From positions 45,136,001 to 45,200,000 of the forward strand of contig NC_043003.1 of NCBI RefSeq assembly GCF_006345805.1: DNA of 64,000 nucleotides. Reading direction: 5' to 3'. The notes beneath the pieces are model-generated. The model was not told where the DNA came from. It worked only from the letters and a program-made list of their open reading frames with translations, and searched no databases. The position numbers were made by a program, and so were the translations under genes. Below, piece after piece: positions 55,931 through 64,000 of the stretch. This DNA is from Octopus sinensis (Eukaryota). How positions within the stretch are numbered: the first letter of the stretch is position 1; each line of letters starts with the position of its first letter.

Positions 55931-57287
55931 TAAGATACATCGAGAGCATACATACTCTTATTTATGTTGATTATTAAACAGAGACATATTTATATACACT
56001 CAACGCACACATACAAACATTCTCATCGTTTTTTACTTGCTGACTTTGATTTGATTTAATTATGATTCTGTTTTTTTTTATATTTAGTTTGGTTTATGTT
56101 AATATCATTTTATCTAATGATTGATATTTATTTACAAATTCATGTTTTTGATGTGTTTATAGTTACTTTTGTTTATTGACAGTCATATATTTTAACGTAA
56201 CTGTGCTTGTATGTTTATAATTGTAAGTATTTGAGTTTATATAAGTATCTATATGTGCGTATATGTATGTATGTATTTTTCTCACTTAATATTCTTGTAT
56301 TCTTTTGTATATGAATGAGTATGTTTGTGCGCGCGCGTATGTATCATTCTTCTCTCAGCATGATTACTACCAGCTAAATTTATGATTTTATTACTCTTTG
56401 TTATACTGTAGTATCTTATCTCTTTGAACTGATAGTTATAGAGCTATGTAACCCAATACATGCTGGGCAAGATAGTTTATTGTCAATTATCTTTTAGTCA
56501 CCTGCTAAAATTTCATGTGTTCTTATTCTTTATATATTTTCCCTTTTTATAATTTTTCATCCTCTATCAAAGCAGAATCATAATGTGTTCATCATATTTT
56601 CTCAGAAATAATTTTCCGATGATGTTATACTTACATTATTCTTAATAGCATTGTGATGTAAAAAATATTGAAACAGATGCTGGGATGAAATACTAAGGTA
56701 TCATTTATGCTATTTTCTGTTTTATTCCAATGCATTTTTTGGCGTGCGTTGTGGCATATACGGCAGTAAATAACACCAAAACATAAACATGTATTCACAT
56801 ACGAGTTTAGGAATTTTGGTCAATATACGTTAGTGAGTTCTAATGTGACTGGCAATTTCTCATGCACAGAGTGCATATCATAACAATGTGCATGTTTATA
56901 CAATATACATATATATATATACACACACACACACAAACACACATACACAGATGCATATACAATATATATATGTGTGTGGTGTGTGTGTATACATATATGC
57001 ATTCGAACGCACATATCTATGCAACACAGACACATATGCACGCACGTACGCGCGCGAACACACACGCACGCACATACACGCATATCTATCTATCTATACA
57101 CACATCAACTGACGCCTATTTTCATGTGCATGGATGTAATTTCCGATTTTATATTTGCGTTCACAGTTGTAACATTCGTATAAAATTGTGTGACTTCACT
57201 ACTCGATGAAGAGGGACGCATACAAGGCAACAAAGACGATATCTACGTACACTATGAACGTTAGAATAAGTGTGTGTGTGTGTGTGT

Positions 57288-57325
<38 letters not shown>

Positions 57326-57618
57326 CGCTTTATGTATGTGTGTTTAGAAAGAGCAATTCAGAGATATCAACCTCTCTGATACGTAAATAATTAGGAACAG
57401 ATGTTTAAAAACAGTGTGGGTACCTACAAAACTATAGATGTTTATAAGTGTTTCCTTGTAAGTGTTTACTGGTACATACATGCTAACGTGTGTATAGCAT
57501 TTGCACGTATTTATAAACATTTATATGTAGCCACGGACATACAGGCGTCACAAACACATACGAACATATAAAAACCAAAGTAGAACCTCCGCCGCCTTCA
57601 AAAGTAACTATTGCGTTC

Positions 57619-57766
57619 AGTCCTCATCTTGTTTGTTGTTAACACAATGTTTCCGCTGACATACTCTCCTGCCTTCATCGGTTGTCTTGGAGAAATTTGG
57701 AACCTGGATTCTTATTCCTAAGGTAGTTTTCGATGTGGTTGTTGTTGTTGTTGTTGTTATTGTTGA

Positions 57767-57855
<89 letters not shown>

Positions 57856-58274
57856 TATTATTATTCAGTAGTTTTATTTTTTATAGCGTGCTTTCACTTC
57901 ACTACCGAGCGCAGCTCCGTATACCTTAGGTATGTGCTGTGATTTGTTGTGATGCTCTGATGGTTATTGTATGGAAAGTGTTCTGCGTAGGATGTGTGCA
58001 GTGCCTAGTAGTGCAATTTTCTGTATGTTATATGTGTTTGTAGGTCCTGGTGTTTTTGTTATGTATTTGTCTGAATATTTTTTTATCATGCCTAATGCAC
58101 CTACTATGATAGGAATTGTTTCTGTTTTTAGATTCCACATGCTGGTTACCTCTATTTCCAGGTCTTTGTATTTTGAGAGTTTCTCCATTTCTTTTAGAGA
58201 CACGTTGTCATCTGCCGGTATTGATACATCAATTAGAAAGCATTTTTTTTCTTCATGATCTCTTATTATTATTA

Positions 58275-58349
<75 letters not shown>

Positions 58350-58354
58350 TATAA

Positions 58355-58410
<56 letters not shown>

Positions 58411-58420
58411 ATTATGATTA

Positions 58421-58465
<45 letters not shown>

Positions 58466-58479
58466 TCTTCTTCTTCTTC

Positions 58480-58516
<37 letters not shown>

Positions 58517-58730
58517 CATTATTATTATTATTATTATCATCATCATCATTATTATTATTCAGGTCACTACCTGAAATCGAGCTCGGAATCTTGGAGCTAG
58601 TTACCAGCGCTCCTACCCACTTCGCCATATGCCTGTGTTAACAACAAATAAGATGAGGGCAAATATCTGTCAAATGTAAACAATGTAAATAATGTACATA
58701 ATTCCTCATCTCTCAAATACAGAACTGAAC
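57619..58730 (-). mobile_element. Second tRNA-head/PLE-tail composite SINE, interrupted in its (TAA)n
   Basis: Tail with decayed hammerhead at 57619-57737; head at 58557-58640; inverted tail copy at ~58637-58730. Confidence 0.75.
57866..58255 (-). pseudogene. R4/Dong 3' end: restriction-like endonuclease domain and 3' UTR
   Basis: KKCFLIDVSIPADDNVSLKEMEKLSKYKDLEIEVTSMWNLKTETIPIIVGALG..QKIALLGTAHILRRTL; (TAA)n on both sides. Confidence 0.92.
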
Positions 58731-59078
58731 TATTGAGTAGTTTGTTTATATGAATGGTCTCCGCTTACAATACAACTGTTAGCAATTCAGTGTTACACAT
58801 ACGTGTGGTTATTTCATGTAAAGGTCGAACAACGATTTGCAATGGACAAACAGATTGCGTTGATTTCATGCTATTTTGCAAGCTACTTGCCTAGAGAGCC
58901 GCAACTTTTGATTCGAACCGGAACAGCATGATTGTGGAGCGGATATATTAACGGCTACAGAGACTGAGCTAATACATTCACGTACGTTGACATACATACA
59001 TATATATGTGGGGGTATATGTATAAGTGACTATACATGTATATAAATATGTGTAAACAGGCGGCGAGTGGTGCGTGTG

Positions 59079-59138
<60 letters not shown>

Positions 59139-59356
59139 TACATATATATATATATTTATGTATGTATATTTATATATATACTTGCGTGTTTGTGAAATAT
59201 TATATGCAAGTATATTCTGTATGCATTTGCGTGTGTGTACCTATGGTGCTATCATATGTGTGTGTGCAGGCAAGCGTGTATGTATGAAGAAGCTATTGTG
59301 TGCGTATATACTATGTACCTGTTCTCTCTCTTTCTATCTCTCTCTCTCTATATATA

Positions 59357-59526
<170 letters not shown>

Positions 59527-59544
59527 TATATACATATATATATA

Positions 59545-59940
59545 TTATAAAAATAGGGTTCAGTAAAATAATTTACTTTACCACACACCGAACTTTTTAG
59601 AAATAGCGGCCAAAAATTTTAACTATTTCTTCTACTGTAAGAAAAATCTCCCAGACAATGCATACTTAAAAATAACTCACACAGGTATAGAGGGACAAAT
59701 ATCGAAAGATCACACCTATATAAGATTACCTGAGAACAGGCCCGTTTCTGGATTAGTTGCTTATAAAGATCAACATTTCCTTCGTCAGCTCAAGGATTTC
59801 TCAGATTTGGATTTGAAAGTACTAAAAATCAAACATACCCGTCTGGTACGAGTAATCCCAGACAAATATACCGTAAATGGTCTTTTTACATACTGAACAC
59901 TACTTGGTAAAATTAATTAATAATTAATTAGTTTTACCCT
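59545..59940 (-). mobile_element. (TA)n-bounded PLE-terminus-like island with terminal mini-hairpin
   Basis: Hairpin ggtaaaattaattaataattaattagttttacc at 59906-59939; hammerhead inside. Confidence 0.65.
59729..59794 (-). ncRNA. Type I hammerhead ribozyme with intact core
   Basis: CTTGAG-CTGACGA-A-GGA..GTTG(loop)CAAC..TCC-A-GAAA-CGGGCCTG-TT-CTCAGG. 6-bp stem I; self-complementary stem III ACGGG/CCTGT; GUU site. Confidence 0.8.
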
Positions 59941-59953
59941 TTTATTATTGACA

Positions 59954-59986
<33 letters not shown>

Positions 59987-61152
59987 CATGCATATATACG
60001 TATGTGTATGTATGTGCATACATAGATACATATATAAATATCTATATGCATGTACACACACACACACATATATAGATATATATATATATATACGTATATC
60101 TTTATGTATATATATATATCGATAGATATCATATATATGTATATACGTGTGTGTCTGGTGTCTCTCTGCTCCTTGCAGAACTTGACTGACTTCTTGTACC
60201 TATAATTAATCTTTCCTAACCCGTGATTTTAAATGTCTTTTTTTCCTTGAAATATTGTTGAAGAGCTAATGAATTAAACTACAATAATGTCTCATTTCAG
60301 TATTGACTCCATTTTCTGTTTTGTCTTTATGAATGTCCAAGAATCGTTCGCCAACTCCACAGTATTTGCAGGATTTTCTTTTTTTATTTTTTACAGCAAT
60401 TGCATTGAAACTCTTCATCGAGAGTGAAAATCTGAGAGGAATGTATATTCCGTGTATGCCTTAAATACACGTCCATACTGACGCAGCCTCACACCATGGT
60501 GAGATATGAGTATTTTTAGTCCATAAAAAGTATTTCAAGAAGAAGTGAGACCCTCTCGCAACGCTATTGATATTACTCAGATTTTTATGAAATTTTCTTT
60601 TCATTTCAACGTGCTTAACTTTTTTTCTGGCTCAACATTTCTAACACCGTTCCAAATCGTAGCTCTCCACGCTTCCCTATCAGTTGCAAGTAATCTAAGA
60701 CTTTACTAACATATTTAACGGCATTTTAAATTTAATTTCCATGGGTTTTGTATGTCATTTTCTACACCTATCCCACTCTCTCCAAGTAAGTAGACCGTTT
60801 TCTATTAGTGGCATACATGTCAGTTTCGGAAAATCCTCGATTCCTCAAATTATATATCATTCTCACCTGGAGCTTATTAGTATGGCGATAAGTAATGCGT
60901 TAATTTTTCTATGAAAGAGCTTATAATTTTAATAAATAAGGAATTTTTGTATTGTTTTTGTTATACATTTAGCTGTTCAATGTTACTACTGTCTTAACCC
61001 CAAGCAAATCTTCCGCCAGCTGGTTATAGGTGCTTGCAATATACACCGGGCATAGACTGCACCTAAAACCAGCTAGCGAAGATCTGGCTGAGGTTAAAAT
61101 AGTAATAATATTGAACATCTTTTATCTAAATTTCCAAGACACCCTTTTCTTA

Positions 61153-61372
61153 TTTCTTTATTGTCCACAAAGGGCTAAACATAGAGGGGACAAACAAGGA
61201 CAAAGTGATTAACTCAATTATACTGACCCCAGTGCGTAACTGGTACTTAATTTATCGACCCCCAAAAAATGAAAGGCAAAGTCGACCTTAGCGGAATTTG
61301 AACTCAGAACGTAACGGCAGACGAAATACCGCAAAGCTTTTCGCTCGGCATGCTAAACTTTTTGACAGCTCA
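61153..61372 (-). mobile_element. SINE family A
   Basis: gggctaaacatagaggggacaaacaagga..aaggcaaagtcgaccttagcggaatttgaactc. Confidence 0.88.
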
Positions 61373-61779
61373 CCGTTTCTAATACATAGACATCTAGCGA
61401 TTGCATTTTTATGCAGTTACTTGCAAGAAGCTATTAATCTATACACCTTCATTCAAGGTCCATCCACTGAACTGCATTGAAGCAAACTATGTGTATATAG
61501 TTTTGGCTATTGATATATATTCGGTGGTTGACTACAGTTTTTGAGTGCAAAATATTTTAGAGGAATGTTTGGTAAACTGATATAGCTTTAAAGTTTCCTA
61601 TGATGTTGACCCACTGCTGACCCTGCGTCTGAATTTCCTAGCGAGAATAGTAGGTCAGATTTTATTTAAAAAAAACAACAGCTTTAAATGGAATAGGAGC
61701 TGGTGAATGCAGTTATTGCGTAATTAAAATATAAACATTTAATTAAATATATAGTATATATATATATATATGTGTGTGT

Positions 61780-62180
61780 AGGCGTGGCTGCGTAGTAAGA
61801 AGTTGTTTCCCAACCACATAGTTCCAGGTTCAATCCCACTGCGTGGCACTTTGGGCAAGTGACTTCTACTATAGCCTCAGGCCGACCAAAGTCATTTGAG
61901 TGGATGTGGTAGACGGAAACTGAAAGAAGCTCGTCGTATATGTGTGTGTGTGCTTCTGTATGTGTGTCTCTGTGTGTCTTTGTTTGTGTTTTCCTCCTGG
62001 CATCGCTTGACAACCGATGTTGCTGTGTTTATGTCCCCGAAACTTAGTGTTTTGACAAAAGGGGCTGACAGAATAAGTACTAGGCTTGTAAAGAGTAAGT
62101 CCTGGGGTTGATTTCTTCGACTGAAGGCATTGCTCCAGTCAAATAAGTGAAATAAGTAAAAAATACAAGAATAAAAGAAT
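61780..62180 (+). mobile_element. SINE family B, full copy
   Basis: aggcgtggctgcgtagtaagaag..ccaggttcaatcccactgcgtggc..aagtaaaaaatacaagaataaaagaata. Confidence 0.9.
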
Positions 62181-62584
62181 ATGTATTTCGCTTAATCTTT
62201 ACGAGACTAATGATGTTATGTGGAACGCTGGATATGTTTCAGAACAAAGTTTTGAGAGAGAACAGACCGTTAATAGTAAAAGAGTTGACATAGGTGAGTG
62301 CCTAAATAACATCTTAGACTTTCATCGGAGCCTCGAATATGAAGCGCAGTTTATTTGGCAATTACATTCTCACTGGCAATGCCTTCCCTGTATATTGCAC
62401 AAATGTAATTATTTTTTTCCCAAATAAATTATATTTTATATTCGACTCTCCAATGAAGCTATAGTATGCTATTCAGGCTCTAAACTGAGTCGATTGTATC
62501 TCATTGCAGAAACAGCTATAAGCTAATGGTCTTCATAACATAATCATTGTTTTTCCCGTGTCATCTATTTTTCTTATGTATATG

Positions 62585-62639
<55 letters not shown>

Positions 62640-62828
62640 GTAAAATATGAAAAATCAACGAAAATGCACATCGCAAATAAAAAGAAAGGCTATTTATGAG
62701 AGGTAACGACAAATATATACATTTAGATGGACTGAAGTAGGAGTCATAAAAGTCATTATTATGAGATCATTATAAGATGATACTAAAGTAAGAGAACAAA
62801 GCGAACCATGGTTTCGGCAAAAAGAGAA

Positions 62829-62866
<38 letters not shown>

Positions 62867-64000
62867 TATATTTATTTATTTATTTATATGATTTTTATCA
62901 TGTGGTCTGCACGAAAATAAAATCCTTATACGTAAATTTTTCAAATATTATATTAAGAAATATATGCATAATTTTAACAGGGGATTGGCAATATGCTTCT
63001 CCACGCGCTGAAACTAGACACCAAATGACACATTATGTACACACACAGAAGGAAAGAAAGATTTATATACATATGTGAGTCTTTGTGCGTTTTCTGTATC
63101 ATTACCCGTAAATTGTCCGTACAAACAACAAAACGTTATGATAACTGAAGTCATTCAGCGATCACAGAATTATAAATGAGGAAACAAATAAAGGCATGAG
63201 TAACATTGAATCTTAGCATGACCCGAAAAGGCTCAAATTTTTCCTCTCATACTCTACCGAGAATGATATATTATTTAAACAATGCGGAAAACGTTCCGTC
63301 ACTGCTGTCAAAACTATTCCGGTATCAAAGTAAAAAATCTCACAGTACTCGGCCTCGAAGCGATACATCCTTGACAAAATTCGAGCTCATATCACAAAAC
63401 AGCGTGGCGACACAACATTACCTCAACTATTCCTGTTTTATTCAACAGTTTTCTGAAAGATATTAAAGAAGAAAAGCTGCTCATAATATTCAAATGAAGC
63501 TGGAAACTTTCCGCCAAGAAATACTAGGCAAAACCCCGATACATATATACCACAGGGCAAAAACATAATCACTATGTGAAGTGGTTAAAAGACCGAATAA
63601 TTTTGACATAAGTGAGCCAATAGTGGCCAAATACAAGACGAATCTATGTCTCTCTTGTTTTTGAAAGTTCTTTAACCACATGCGTTTATCTTCATTTAGT
63701 CAACACATGCTACTTGCATTGTATGGAAATATCCCGCAAAATATTAATAAGCATATCATCAGCATGAAAAGTGTTCTGGTCATTTAAATATAATCTTTCT
63801 TCAGTTACTAAAGCTCTTTCGGTCATAAAGCACACCCAAAACTTTTGGCTTTGTGAAGACTTTTAATCTTCTTTTTCTTAGCTCGTGAATAAATACACCG
63901 ATATACAAGTTCTGATCAAAATCTATCGGGACTAGTGCCATAAAAAATGCTATAACACATACTAATTCTTCGTTTAATCTCCTTCGAAGTAATCCCCATC

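Noticed and set aside
63490-63681. Hydrophobic 63-aa ORF as a membrane-protein exon
   Set aside because: No recognisable family motif or convincing splice signals; expected by chance in AT-rich DNA.

Overview
AT-rich, microsatellite-dense eukaryotic DNA with no recognisable intact host gene. The repeat complement (tRNA-derived SINEs, R4/Dong and CR1-type LINE relics, Penelope-like elements (PLEs), mariner/Tc1/pogo/hAT relics, long (TA)n, (TAA)n and (GATA)n runs) looks like a cephalopod (Octopus-type) intergenic or intronic region; this assignment is inference from repeat style only. Almost all ORFs in the supplied track are translations of simple repeats. The real coding remnants are transposon-derived: PLE RT at ~14.2-15.3 kb, PLE GIY-YIG endonuclease at 25.9-26.25 kb, five R4/Dong fragments, two CR1-like fragments and several DDE transposase pieces. 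The most interesting signal is non-coding. Several unrelated short elements sit inside (TA)n or (TAA)n microsatellites, carry an inverted duplication at one end, and contain type I hammerhead ribozyme motifs with a self-complementary (dimer-type) stem III. Complete or near-complete folds were read by eye at 7530-7575(-), 25459-25493(+), 27086-27123(+), 27487-27523(+), 45178-45227(+, mirrored at ~43970-44020(-)) and 59729-59794(-). One family couples the hammerhead tail to a tRNA-derived SINE head. Another forms a 1.3-kb near-perfect palindrome with a hammerhead in each arm. Two families share an unusual A·A at the base of stem II, and one family has a CUGUUGA core. All folds and alignments are manual, and coordinates of degraded elements are approximate.
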